A model generated the notes under the pieces. That model was not told the DNA's origin. It saw nothing but the letters and a program-made list of their open reading frames with translations, and made no database searches. This document shows, in pieces, positions 45,478 to 57,186 of a stretch of DNA of 64,000 bases (position 1 is the first letter of the stretch; each line of letters opens with the position of its first letter). Source of the DNA: Patescibacteria group bacterium (GTDB taxonomy: Bacteria > Patescibacteriota > Patescibacteriia > UBA2196); NCBI GenBank assembly GCA_028748975.1, contig JAQTPI010000001.1, positions 354-64,353 of the forward strand. The letters run 5' to 3'. Made by a program: the position numbers and the translations under genes.

Positions 45478-46302
45478 ATGAATATAATAAAAAAAATAAA
45501 ATACTTCGGCGGGAGCATCTATCGCGGACTGATTGGCATCTGGCAAAATGCTTTTGACAAAGCGCCGGAAATTAAGACGACGGTGGAGTGGTTTGTTTTG
45601 GGCAACTCGCGCGAAGGACGAAACATCCGTTGTTACAAAATTGGCACTGGCCCGAAAAAAATTCTTTTTGTCGCCGGCATCCATGGCAATGAAGTGGGTA
45701 CTATAAAATTAGCGCATAATCTAATAAATTGGTTATATAATCATCAAGAAAAATTTTTCAATCTTTCAATTTATATTATTTCTTGCTTAAATCCCGATGG
45801 CTTTGAAATTGCCAAGCAATTTCCCGACTATTTCAGGCGCGGACGCTTTGGCCGCTTTAATCTCAATAATGTGGATTTGGACCGCAATTTTCCTTCTAAA
45901 AATTGGCAGCCGCAATCAATTTGGCCGCGCGGCCGCGACTATGGCGACGAAGCCATCGAAGTTCTTTGCGGCGACTCGCCAGGTTCCGAGCCGGAAGTTC
46001 AAGGATTTGTTTCTTTTGCCGGCATTGAAAGAATTAAAAATATTATTTCTTTTCACAACATGGCGGGCGATGTGATCATTAATTTGGAAAATCCGATAGC
46101 GGTGAAATGGGCAAATATTTATAACAAAAAAGCAAAATTCCGCATCGTCAAGAGCCCGAGGCTGTCCGGCAACATGTCGGAGTGGTGTTTGGAAAATAAT
46201 ATCAATTACATGACCGTGGAAGGAACCACGCGGTGGGGAAGCGACTGGCGAAAGCAGAGGGTGGCGATTCAGGAAGTATTAAATAATTTACAAAATAGTT
46301 AA
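45478..46302 (+). CDS. M14 family zinc carboxypeptidase (MpaA/gamma-D-Glu-DAP peptidase-like)
   Basis: 'GIHGNEVGT' is the HxxE zinc motif, in an M14-like context. Confidence 0.55.
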   Translation: MNIIKKIKYFGGSIYRGLIGIWQNAFDKAPEIKTTVEWFVLGNSREGRNIRCYKIGTGPKKILFVAGIHGNEVGTIKLAHNLINWLYNHQEKFFNLSIYIISCLNPDGFEIAKQFPDYFRRGRFGRFNLNNVDLDRNFPSKNWQPQSIWPRGRDYGDEAIEVLCGDSPGSEPEVQGFVSFAGIERIKNIISFHNMAGDVIINLENPIAVKWANIYNKKAKFRIVKSPRLSGNMSEWCLENNINYMTVEGTTRWGSDWRKQRVAIQEVLNNLQNS

Positions 46303-46309
46303 AATAACA

Positions 46310-46420
46310 AAAAGTGTCATTCTGAACGAAAGCCGATAGTAATCGGCTGAAGTGAAGAATCCCTTAAACAAACAATGACGAAGGGATCCTTCGCTAACGC
46401 TCAGGATGACAGTCACTCAA
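46310..46420. repeat. palindromic repeat modules upstream of pheT
   Basis: 'gtcattctgaacgaaagccgatagtaatcggctgaagtgaagaatccc...gaagggatccttcgctaacgctcaggatgaca'. Confidence 0.7.
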
Positions 46421-46422
46421 AT

Positions 46423-49065
46423 ATGCTACTCTCACTAAACTGGCTAAAAACCTACGTCGATTTACCAAAAAACCTGACTGCCAAAAAACTGGCGGCGGAC
46501 TTGACCATGACCACTTGCGAAGTGGAACGGGTGGAAAATCTGGCGGAAAAGTTTGACAACATGGTTGTTGGTAAAATTATTTCTATAAAAAATCATCCTA
46601 ATGCTGATAAACTTAAAATTGTCATGACGGATATAGGCAATCAGAAATTAGAAATCAGAAATCAGGGGCAAAAAAATATTGTTCAAATTGTCTGCGGGGG
46701 AACGAATCTACGCGAAAATATGCTCGTGGCGGTGGCCCTGCCCGGCGCCAAAGTGCGCTGGCATGGCGAGGGCGAGTCGGTGGTTATGGAAAAGGCAAAA
46801 ATCCGGGGCGAAGAATCTTTTGGCATGATTTGCGCCAGTAGCGAAATCGGTCTTGCTGATGTGTTTCCGGCTGAAAGCGATCGAGAAATTATTGATTTAA
46901 GCGGAATTAAGAAAATAAAAGCCGGACAAAACCTGGCCGAGGCTTTGGGCATGGACGATATGATTATTGAAATTGAAAATAAGACAATTACTAACAGACC
47001 TGACTTATGGAATCATCTTGGAATAGCGAGGGAGTTATCAGTCATATATAATACAAGTTTGAAGGCTAAAAATTTCCAATTTCCAATTTCCAATTTCCAA
47101 AAAAATTTCAAATCTAAAATTTCAAATTCCAAACTTGACATTCAAATCGATGATAAACAAGCTTGTTCCAGATATATTGGTTGTTTAGTAAAAAATGTTA
47201 AAGTCGCGGCGTCGCCGGAATGGCTGCAAAAAAGTTTGGCGAGCGTGGGCATTCGGCCGATTAACAACATTGTGGACATCACTAATTATGTCATGCTGGA
47301 CGTCGGACAGCCGATGCATGCTTTTGATAAAGCAAAGCTTTATCAAAAGCAATTTCCAATTTCCAAGATACAATTTCCAAACGATAAAAATATAAATATC
47401 ATTGTAAGAAAAGCCAAAAATGGTGAAAAAATAAAATCACTGGACGGAATAGAAAGAAAACTTGATGATTCAATGTTGATTATTGCGGACGCTAAAAAAC
47501 CAATCGCCATTGCCGGAATTATGGGCGGGGAGGAATCGGGCATTGATGAAAAAACAAATGAAATTATTTTTGAGGCGGCGAATTTCAACGCCATGTCAAT
47601 TCGGAAAACTTCGCAAAAATTGGGTTTGCGTTCCGAATCTTCCAATCGGTTTGAAAAAAATCTGGATCCGAATTTTGCCGAGCTGGCCATGGCGCGCGCG
47701 CTAAAATTAGTCAAAGAACTTTGTCCCGAAGCGGAAATTGTTGCTTACCAAGATGAAAATTTGGTGAAGGAGAAAAAAATAGTGATAAAAGTAGATCATA
47801 GTTTCCTTGAGAAAAAGATCGGGCAGACGCTTGATATGAAGGATATAGTAAAAAAACTAGAGAGCCTTGGTTTTAAGGTTGATACTAAAAAAGATAAAAA
47901 AGAAATAACGAAATATCGCGCCTCGTCCCGCAATTCTGCGGGACTCGGCGCTGGAAATAACGATATAATTTATCAAATTGAAGTTCCGAGCTGGCGGGCG
48001 ACTGGGGACATTTTCATTCCTGAGGATATAGTAGAAGAAGTAGCGCGGGTGATTGGTTATGACAATTTGGCAGAGCACAAAATTCTGGTGGAATTGGCAA
48101 AACCCAAAATTCAAATGGAGCAAATTTTGGAGAACAGAACCAAGAAATTTTTGGCTTTGGCCGGCGGTTTTAGCGAGGTTTTTAACTATCCTTGGGCCAA
48201 AGAAATTACCTTGAAAATACTTGGAAAAAATGATAAAATTATAAGTGTGGCAAACCCCCAAAGCGACGATAATTCGGCCCTGCAAAATAGCCTAATTCCA
48301 AACTTGCTTAAAAACACCGAAGACAATCTGCGCTATTTTGATGAGTTTAAAATTTTTGAATTGGCGCGGGTGTATCTGCCGGAATTTAATAAGATTGATA
48401 GTAAATTTCAAGACAAACTTCCCAATCAGCCAAAAATGTTGGCCGGTGTTGTGGTGACGCAAAAAGACAAAAACGCATTTTTGGAGCTAAAGGGAGTATT
48501 AGAAGGACTATTTAAGAAACTAGAAACTAGGAATTGGAAACTCGTCATCCCGAGCGAGCGGAGCGAAGCGATGGGATCTTTTTCATATTTAGATAAAGAA
48601 AAACTTTTGTCTATTGAAATCGACGGGAAAGAAATTGGTTTTATTGGTGAGTTGAAAGAAAATATTTATCGTCAGTTTGGTTTCAAAAACAGAAAAGTGG
48701 CGTTGTTTGAAATTAATTTTGATAAGTTGGTTTTGGCAGAGCAAAAAACGGAAGGTGTAAAATACGCGCCCTTGCCGCAGTTTCCATCAATAATTCGTGA
48801 TTTGGCGTTTGAATTGGATTGGAAAGTCAGGTGGTCTGAGATAGTCGAAGGGATTCTTCGCTTCGCTCAGAATGACAAACTCATTAAAAATGTGGAATTT
48901 CTTTCTGAGTTTGGACTGGGCGACAGAAAATCAGTGGCTTTCAGAATTGTCTATCAAGCCGACCGGACGCTTAAAGAGGAAGAGGTGGAAGTGGTGGAAA
49001 AGAAAATTGTGGAAATAATAAGTAAAAAATTTAACGCGCGGCTTCGCGCGGCGCTGGGGAAATAA
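46423..49065 (+). CDS. pheT: phenylalanyl-tRNA synthetase beta subunit
   Basis: Canonical start MLLSLNWLKTYVD, tRNA-binding and B3/B4 regions, C-terminal FDX-like domain. Several in-frame repeat insertions (46635-46665, 47071-47135, 47340-47395, 47925-47944, 48540-48585, 48845-48880). Confidence 0.9.
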   Translation: MLLSLNWLKTYVDLPKNLTAKKLAADLTMTTCEVERVENLAEKFDNMVVGKIISIKNHPNADKLKIVMTDIGNQKLEIRNQGQKNIVQIVCGGTNLRENMLVAVALPGAKVRWHGEGESVVMEKAKIRGEESFGMICASSEIGLADVFPAESDREIIDLSGIKKIKAGQNLAEALGMDDMIIEIENKTITNRPDLWNHLGIARELSVIYNTSLKAKNFQFPISNFQKNFKSKISNSKLDIQIDDKQACSRYIGCLVKNVKVAASPEWLQKSLASVGIRPINNIVDITNYVMLDVGQPMHAFDKAKLYQKQFPISKIQFPNDKNINIIVRKAKNGEKIKSLDGIERKLDDSMLIIADAKKPIAIAGIMGGEESGIDEKTNEIIFEAANFNAMSIRKTSQKLGLRSESSNRFEKNLDPNFAELAMARALKLVKELCPEAEIVAYQDENLVKEKKIVIKVDHSFLEKKIGQTLDMKDIVKKLESLGFKVDTKKDKKEITKYRASSRNSAGLGAGNNDIIYQIEVPSWRATGDIFIPEDIVEEVARVIGYDNLAEHKILVELAKPKIQMEQILENRTKKFLALAGGFSEVFNYPWAKEITLKILGKNDKIISVANPQSDDNSALQNSLIPNLLKNTEDNLRYFDEFKIFELARVYLPEFNKIDSKFQDKLPNQPKMLAGVVVTQKDKNAFLELKGVLEGLFKKLETRNWKLVIPSERSEAMGSFSYLDKEKLLSIEIDGKEIGFIGELKENIYRQFGFKNRKVALFEINFDKLVLAEQKTEGVKYAPLPQFPSIIRDLAFELDWKVRWSEIVEGILRFAQNDKLIKNVEFLSEFGLGDRKSVAFRIVYQADRTLKEEEVEVVEKKIVEIISKKFNARLRAALGK
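47071..47135 (+). repeat. 'caatttccaa' tandem repeat inserted in-frame in pheT
   Basis: 'aatttccaatttccaatttccaatttccaaaaaaatttcaaatctaaaatttcaaattccaaac' encodes 'NFQFPISNFQKNFKSKISNSK'. It resembles the arms of the 176-bp MITE. Confidence 0.7.
47925..47944 (+). repeat. MITE hairpin 'gtcccgcaattctgcgggac' inside pheT (in-frame, 'SRNSAGL')
   Basis: Identical core to the 'cccgcaattctgcggg' hairpin of the three MITE copies and of 56958. Confidence 0.7.
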
Positions 49066-49092
49066 AAAAATCCCGCACGGGCGGGATTATGA
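49066..49092. terminator. bidirectional terminator hairpin
   Basis: 'aaaaaaatcccgcacgggcgggatt' between convergent pheT and 49109..49354 (-). Confidence 0.6.
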
Positions 49093-49108
49093 GAAGTAAA
49101 TAAGCATT

Positions 49109-49354
49109 TTAATATTGTTTGTTGTTGGCTTCAAATTCTTTTTTTGAGATTTTTTTATAAAATAATATCACGACCCTTGTCTCCCTTTTATACCTCTTTT
49201 TAGATGATTTTTCTATCTCTTTTTCTGATGAGTGTCTCAAAAAAATTCCACCTTTTTGAGAAAAATATCCATTACCGAAACCAATTGGTTGATTAAGAGC
49301 GTCTCTGTAAGCATGTGACACAAACCAGTAGGTTAACTTTTTTGGTTTTCTCAT
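49109..49354 (-). CDS. hypothetical basic protein
   Basis: RBS 'agggaggaaag'. Promoter TTGACA-17-TAGAAT (minus strand) at 49420-49465. Confidence 0.45.
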   Translation of the reverse strand: MRKPKKLTYWFVSHAYRDALNQPIGFGNGYFSQKGGIFLRHSSEKEIEKSSKKRYKRETRVVILFYKKISKKEFEANNKQY

Positions 49355-49505
49355 ACTTTCCTCCCTATTTTGATTGTTTTAGCTCAATTGAGCTGGTTTT
49401 AGCAGAGACGTGGCTCTGCCGTGAATTACTAATTCAATTCTATCGTACCTAAAATTTTATGTCAAGCGACGGCTGGACGACCTCACCCCGACCCTCTCCT
49501 TGTAA

Positions 49506-51737
<2,232 letters not shown>

Positions 51738-51741
51738 TTTT

Positions 51742-51884
51742 ACCTCCCCCAACCCCCTCCTTATAAAGGAGGGGAGCTCCTGGCATCTCCCCCTTGATAA
51801 GGGGGAGCGCGAGGGAGTCAGTTAGCTGATATATTAATTTGTCATTCCCGCGATCCGCCAGCTGGCGGAGGGAATTCAGAAAAT
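51742..51884. repeat. cluster of palindromic repeat modules
   Basis: 'cccctccttataaaggagggg', 'ctcccccttgataagggggag' and 'gtcattcccgcgatccgccagctggcggagggaat'. Confidence 0.7.
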
Positions 51885-52307
51885 ATGGTAAAATCCAAGG
51901 AAACAATTAATTGTCAAGAAAATAGATTATCAGAAGCAGAGTGGAAGCTTATTACAAAAACAGCAGCGGAATTTTTGCAGGCCGATATGAAAGGATTGGT
52001 CGACTGGTATACTAGTCTATTAACAGAAGATGGTAAAAAATTTGTTGCCGAAGAATTAAAATTAGAAGACGGAGAAATAATGGTTCCTTTTGTTGTTTAT
52101 CTTTACCAGAAACCCAAAGAAGAGAGAAAAAAAATAATTACCGCAATAAATCATCTGCCAGAATTTTTTGGTCTGCCAGGAATCGGCGGTCACCATAAAG
52201 TAGGAACCTTTATTGATCATCTTGATAAAAAAATAATAGTAAAAAGAATTAACAAGAGGAATGACTATTTTATAGGGAAACCACTTGAGCCTTTAATAGA
52301 AGAATGA
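51885..52307 (+). CDS. hypothetical protein
   Basis: No family recognised. Confidence 0.4.
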   Translation: MVKSKETINCQENRLSEAEWKLITKTAAEFLQADMKGLVDWYTSLLTEDGKKFVAEELKLEDGEIMVPFVVYLYQKPKEERKKIITAINHLPEFFGLPGIGGHHKVGTFIDHLDKKIIVKRINKRNDYFIGKPLEPLIEE

Positions 52308-52432
52308 CGAAGAAATAGTTAAACCTGTTTTATCCCTATTTGACAACCCAAACATGCCTGTGCTATCATTACAGCATAAGGCCTCCAGGGCCTTTTAAAA
52401 TCGATAAAAAATAGCTTTAAAAGCGGAATTTA

Positions 52433-52548
52433 TCCCCTCCTTTCGAAGGAGGGGTGCCGAGTGAAACGAGGCGGGGTGGTTGTAACTTCAACCACAACCC
52501 CTCTGGGTTTCGCTTCGCTCAACCCACCTCCCCTTCGAAAGGGGAGGA
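52433..52548. mobile_element. ~115-bp MITE-like element, second copy of the 15457..15571 family
   Basis: Terminal repeats 'cccctcctttcgaaggagggg'/'cctccccttcgaaaggggagg'. The 3' end supplies the secE SD. Confidence 0.6.
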
Positions 52549-52559
52549 TAACAAAACAT

Positions 52560-52742
52560 ATGCCCAACAAATTAATAACTTACATCAAAGATTCCAAAAC
52601 CGAACTTAAGAAAGTTGTTTGGCCGACCAAAAAAATGGTCACCAACCACACGCTTTTGGTCATTGGTTTTGTGCTGGCCATGGCCGTCTTTTTAGGCGCG
52701 GTGGATTTTGGATTGAATAAATTGATTTCAAGTATCATTTAA
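52560..52742 (+). CDS. secE: preprotein translocase subunit SecE
   Basis: 60 aa with 'KDSKTELKKVVWPTKKMVTNHTLLVIGFVLAMAVFLGAVDF'. Lies upstream of nusG. Confidence 0.7.
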   Translation: MPNKLITYIKDSKTELKKVVWPTKKMVTNHTLLVIGFVLAMAVFLGAVDFGLNKLISSII

Positions 52743-52886
52743 ACAAATAGACACAGATATTAGACAGATAGATACAAATACACAGATTCCTGTATTCCAG
52801 GTCAAGCCCGGAAAGACAAGGAGAATAAACCCGTGTATCTGTGAAAATCTGTAGTCAAACTGTGAAAATCTGTTTTTAATATAACT

Positions 52887-53432
52887 ATGCCACGACAAAC
52901 CCTAAATCAAGGCAAACGCTGGTACGCCATTCACACCTATTCCGGCTACGAAGACAGCGTGGTCCACAACCTCAAACAAAGAATCGAGTCCTTGGACATG
53001 CAGGACAGAATTTTTAATGTCTTGGCGCCCAAAGAAAAAAAGATTAAAATTAAAAACGGCAAGCGCTCGGTCGTGGAAGAAAAAATTTATCCCGGTTATG
53101 TTTTGGTGGAAATGGAAGTGACCGACGCCTCTTGGTATGTCGTGCGCAATACGCCGAATGTCACCGGTTTCATCGGCGCCGGCACCACGCCCTCGCCTTT
53201 AAGTGAAAAAGAAATTGAAGAAATGCAGAAACGCATGGGCATTGAAGAGCCGAAATATAAAATTGATATTTCCATCAATATGCCGGTCAGAGTGGTGGAC
53301 GGGCCCTTCAAAGAAATGGAAGGCAAAGTGGCGGAAATTGATGAAGCGCGCGGCCGCGTCAAAGTTCTTGTTTCCATGTTCGGCCGCGAAACTCCGGTGG
53401 ATTTGGACTTTTTGCAAATTAAGAAAATATAA
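52887..53432 (+). CDS. nusG: transcription termination/antitermination factor NusG
   Basis: NGN domain 'RWYAIHTYSGYEDSV' and KOW 'VRVVDGPFKEMEGKVAEID'. Confidence 0.9.
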   Translation: MPRQTLNQGKRWYAIHTYSGYEDSVVHNLKQRIESLDMQDRIFNVLAPKEKKIKIKNGKRSVVEEKIYPGYVLVEMEVTDASWYVVRNTPNVTGFIGAGTTPSPLSEKEIEEMQKRMGIEEPKYKIDISINMPVRVVDGPFKEMEGKVAEIDEARGRVKVLVSMFGRETPVDLDFLQIKKI

Positions 53433-53442
53433 CAGTAATAAT

Positions 53443-53618
53443 TTCCAATAACCAAGAAACAATTTCCAAATAAGTTCCAAATACCAAATTCCAAATAATC
53501 ATATTTTGAATTTTGGTTATTGAAATTTGTGGTTGTCCTTAGGACAACCATCCCGCAATTCTGCGGGATGCCAGCGAAGCTGGCATTTATTTGGAAATTG
53601 GAACTTGTATCTTGGAAC
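53443..53618. mobile_element. ~176-bp MITE-like element, copy 3 of 3
   Basis: Starts 10 bp after the nusG stop. Nearly identical to copies 1 and 2. Confidence 0.65.
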
Positions 53619-53700
53619 TTAAAAGATAAAGAATAAGAAATAAACGCGATTAACTTTGTCTTGCTTCTGGATAAAATTAATCTCCAATAAAGATGATTAT

Positions 53701-54123
53701 ATGGCTAAAGAAATTAAAACAATATTAAAATTACAAATTAAAGGCGGAGCCGCCAATCCGGCGCCGCCGGTTGGTCCGGCTTTGGGCCAGCATGGCTTGA
53801 ACATCCAGGATTTTTGCAGTAAGTTTAATGCCGCCACTAAAGACAAAGCTGGCCAGGTCATTCCGGCCGAAATCACGGTTTTTACCGACCGCACTTTTAC
53901 TTTTAAACTGAAAACTCCGCCCGCGGCCGAACTTTTGAAAAAAGCCGCCAAAATTGAAAAAGGTTCAGGCAAGCCGAATTCGGAAAAAGTCGGCACGGTA
54001 ACCAAAGCCCAAATTAAAGAAATCGCCGAAATTAAAATGCCGGATTTGAATGCTCACGATGTAGCGGCGGCGATGAAAATTATTGAGGGAACAGCCAGAC
54101 AGATGGGAATAACTGTAGAGTAA
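53701..54123 (+). CDS. rplK: 50S ribosomal protein L11
   Basis: '[39 protein letters not shown]'. Confidence 0.95.
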   Translation: MAKEIKTILKLQIKGGAANPAPPVGPALGQHGLNIQDFCSKFNAATKDKAGQVIPAEITVFTDRTFTFKLKTPPAAELLKKAAKIEKGSGKPNSEKVGTVTKAQIKEIAEIKMPDLNAHDVAAAMKIIEGTARQMGITVE

Positions 54124-54265
54124 TTTTCAATTTTATAATTTTTAATTTTTAATAAGTTGGCGCTTCGCGCCAATTATGTGGGAGATTTACTAGTCCTAAA
54201 TCGTTTGCACCACTAAATCTGCGATTATTAGCATTATTCGCCAACATTCGCACGATTAGCATCGT

Positions 54266-54943
54266 ATGAAAAAACCAATCAAGAAAAAGAAAAAAGTTTA
54301 TCCTCAAATCGAAAAGGGTAAAACCTATTCAATTGAAGAAGCAATTAAGTTAGTCAAAGAAACTACCAAGGCCAAGTTTGACGAATCTTTGGAAATTCAT
54401 GTGCATCTCGGAGTTGATACTTCCAAAGGCGAACAGCAAGTGCGCTCCACTGTGGTTCTGCCAGCTGGTTCCGGTAAGACCAAAAAAATCGTGGTCTTTA
54501 CGGAAAATGAAAAAGAAGCCTTGGAAGCCGGCGCGGACATTGCCGGCGGCAAAGAATTAATCAATAAAATTAAAACTTCTGGCGTGATTGATTTTGAAGT
54601 GGCGGTGGCCACTCCTTCCATGATGAAAGAATTGGCCGGCGTGGCGAAAATTTTAGGTCCCAAAGGCCTCATGCCCAGCCCCAAAAACGAGACCGTGACC
54701 ACTAACATCAAAAAGGCCGTGAGCGAGCTCAAAGGCGGCAAAGTGGCCTTTAAAAGCGATGATACGGGCAACATTCACCAGCTCATTGGCAAGGTCTCCT
54801 GGGACGCCTCTAAACTGAAATCCAACGTGGAAGCGTTTATGGAAGCCGTGCGTAAAGCCAAACCAGCGAGCGCCAAAGGCGACTATATTAAAAAAGTGGT
54901 GATTTGTTCCACGATGGGACCGGGAGTGAGAATCGCAATATAA
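54266..54943 (+). CDS. rplA: 50S ribosomal protein L1
   Basis: 'FDESLEIHVHLGVD' and 'VRSTVVLP.GSGK'. A 'ttggcgcttcgcgccaa' hairpin lies in the rplK-rplA spacer. Confidence 0.9.
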   Translation: MKKPIKKKKKVYPQIEKGKTYSIEEAIKLVKETTKAKFDESLEIHVHLGVDTSKGEQQVRSTVVLPAGSGKTKKIVVFTENEKEALEAGADIAGGKELINKIKTSGVIDFEVAVATPSMMKELAGVAKILGPKGLMPSPKNETVTTNIKKAVSELKGGKVAFKSDDTGNIHQLIGKVSWDASKLKSNVEAFMEAVRKAKPASAKGDYIKKVVICSTMGPGVRIAI

Positions 54944-55046
54944 AAAATTAAAAATAAAATATAAAAAACAGATTCGACACTATGTCGGACCTGTTTTTGT
55001 TTTGACAAATAAAAAAGCCCTAATATATAGGGCTGGGTAGAAGCGT

Positions 55047-55370
55047 TTAGTTGGCGACTTCTTTTATTGAAAGATGGTGGTAAATCGGTTCAGCAAAATG
55101 CGTAAAAAAGAAAATCGCGATCAATATCCACCTAATGAAGTATGGAACAATGTGATTATTAAGTCCAAAGATGTGAAAGGCATAACCGATCAATAAAAAT
55201 ATGATTCCATTTCCAAGATGTAACCAATAAAAAAGTTTTCTGTTTTTCATATGAGCGGGAATGGACCAATCTTCAAAATAAGTTTTCAAGCCAGTCAGTC
55301 TGCAGAGAGAACCAATAAAAGTTATCAAACTTACTAATACTGCGATCGCACAAAGCCAATCAAGAAACAT
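55047..55370 (-). CDS. membrane protein, hypothetical
   Basis: RBS 'aaggagggttt'. Three TM helices. Confidence 0.5.
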   Translation of the reverse strand: MFLDWLCAIAVLVSLITFIGSLCRLTGLKTYFEDWSIPAHMKNRKLFYWLHLGNGIIFLLIGYAFHIFGLNNHIVPYFIRWILIAIFFFTHFAEPIYHHLSIKEVAN

Positions 55371-55520
55371 AAACCCTCCTTTTTTGTTAAATTTTCCAAA
55401 GAGATTTTGTTTGAAATAAGCCCAAATGGCCTATCCCAGTTTTCAAGAGGTATTATAGCAAATCCAAAAATTTTTGTCAAACCTAAATTGGTAAATGCTG
55501 TTTTGTGGTATAATTACTTT

Positions 55521-56918
55521 ATGAAATGTATAATTATTCCCCTTTTCTTGCTTTCCTTGTTTTTTCCTTTTTCCCCCGTCTCCGCGGCGGAGAATTTTAA
55601 TGTCTTGAAATTATATAATGCCGAGACGCTGGAATTTAAAAAAGAAATTCCATTAATGGAAAATATAGTTGGCTGGAATTTGAGCGCGGTGGATTTGGGT
55701 GGCGATGGCACCAGTGAAATTGTTTTTGGCGCGCCAGCTGGCGGGGAACCGAAGGTAAAAATTTTGCGCGCTGACGGCTCCAAAGTAAATGAGTTTTTGG
55801 CGTATGATAAAAATTTTAAAGGCGGTGTTTCCGTGGCTGGTTGTGATTTGGACGGCGATAAAAAAGGCGAGATTGTCACTGGCGCGGAATCCCTCGGCGG
55901 GCCACATATTAGAATTTTTGATGGTTTTGGAAAAGTAAAAATGATTGGAGGTTTTTTTGCGGCGGATAAGAAAGTCGTAGCTGGTGTGACAGTTGGTTGC
56001 GCGGATACTAATGGCGATGCAAAGGATGAAATAGTAGCACTGATTGGCGCGGTTTATCAGAAAAAAGTTTTAAAGATTTTTGATAGAGAAGGGAAGACGC
56101 TTGCGGAAACAAAAACAGATTTGGTCGGCCGTGGCGTGAAAATTTCCCGTGTGGACTTGGGCAATGACAAAGTGGAAGAAATTTTAATTTCCGGCGGATA
56201 TTTGGACGGGCCGAAAATTAAAATTTATCGCGGTGATTTAAGTTTGGTGAATGAATTTTGGTCATTTGATAAAAATCTTAAAGATGGAGTGGCGGCAGTC
56301 GGCGCGGATCTTAATAACGACGGCAAAGGAGAAATTGTAGCTTTGGCCGGGGTCTTGATGAATCCGCGCGTGAAGATTTTGGACGGTTTTGGCAACGAGA
56401 AAAATTCTTTCTTGCCCTGGGGTGAAATTTTTTTGGGCGGTTTAAACGGCTTAGTCGCTGATTTTGACGGCGACACCAAAAAAGAAATTATGGTAATGGC
56501 CAGGCGAGTTCCAACCGGCCGGACTGATTGGGAAAAATATATTGAAATTAATGTCACCACGCAAAGATTCAAATATTTTGAAAAAGGGATAATGCTTGGC
56601 GATTTTCTGACTTCCACTGGCAAACCCTCCACGCCCACGCGCCTCGGCGAATTTACTGCTTTTTCCAAATATATTATCGCTTATGGTGGTGCTGATGGAC
56701 AAAAATGGGGCATGCCATATTTTATTGGCTTTTATACTTCCGGTGGCTTGGTTAATGGCATCCACGAATTGCCGTTTTTGGACGGAGTGCGTGAAGGCAT
56801 TTGGGATTTGGGCCACGCTGTTTCGCATGGTTGCGTCCGCTTGGCCATGGACGGTACAGCCAAAGAGGTTTATGATTGGGTGGAGATTAATAAGACGAAG
56901 GTGTGGGTGCATAAATAA
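55521..56918 (+). CDS. secreted FG-GAP/VCBS-like repeat protein with C-terminal L,D-transpeptidase (YkuD) catalytic domain
   Basis: Signal peptide. Repeated 'DLGGDGTSEIV', 'DLDGDKKGEIV', 'DTNGDAKDEIV', 'DLNNDGKGEIV' and 'DFDGDTKKEIM'. C-terminal 'HAVSHGCVRL' is the LDT active-site motif. Confidence 0.6.
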   Translation: MKCIIIPLFLLSLFFPFSPVSAAENFNVLKLYNAETLEFKKEIPLMENIVGWNLSAVDLGGDGTSEIVFGAPAGGEPKVKILRADGSKVNEFLAYDKNFKGGVSVAGCDLDGDKKGEIVTGAESLGGPHIRIFDGFGKVKMIGGFFAADKKVVAGVTVGCADTNGDAKDEIVALIGAVYQKKVLKIFDREGKTLAETKTDLVGRGVKISRVDLGNDKVEEILISGGYLDGPKIKIYRGDLSLVNEFWSFDKNLKDGVAAVGADLNNDGKGEIVALAGVLMNPRVKILDGFGNEKNSFLPWGEIFLGGLNGLVADFDGDTKKEIMVMARRVPTGRTDWEKYIEINVTTQRFKYFEKGIMLGDFLTSTGKPSTPTRLGEFTAFSKYIIAYGGADGQKWGMPYFIGFYTSGGLVNGIHELPFLDGVREGIWDLGHAVSHGCVRLAMDGTAKEVYDWVEINKTKVWVHK

Positions 56919-56943
56919 AATATCAAAAATCAAATATCAAAAA

Positions 56944-57120
56944 TGCCAGCTCCGCTGGCATCCCGCAATTCTGCGGGATGGTTGCCCCAGGGCAATCAAA
57001 ATTTTGGTGTGCCGCTGTTGCGGCACGTAATGATAATAAACCCCTCCCAAACCCTCCCCTTAGTAAGGGGAGGAGCTTATGACGAGCTCCCCTCCTTTAT
57101 AAGGAGGGGGTTGGGGGAGG
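56944..57120. repeat. repeat cluster including MITE hairpins 'gccagctccgctggc' and 'cccgcaattctgcggg' plus 'cccctccccttagtaaggggaggag'/'cccctcctttataaggaggggg' modules
   Basis: Partial, rearranged relative of the 176-bp MITE. Confidence 0.65.
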
Positions 57121-57186
57121 TAATTAATTTGCGTAAGTTTATATTTCGGGAGTATAATTGTTTTAAGAAAACTAATCCAAAAACAT

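Noticed and set aside
46375-46422. Upstream starts for pheT (MTKGSFANAQDDSHSN at 46375, or ATG at 46405 within 'ggATGACA')
   Set aside because: MLLSLNWLKTYVD at 46423 matches the conserved PheT N-terminus (M-x-x-S-x-x-W-L). The upstream codons are repeat-derived.
52308-52432. Expected tRNA (such as tRNA-Trp) upstream of secE, and tRNAs elsewhere
   Set aside because: No acceptor-stem/T-loop 'GGTTCGAATCC'-type signature was found in the secE upstream region or any other intergenic gap inspected. No tRNA is called.
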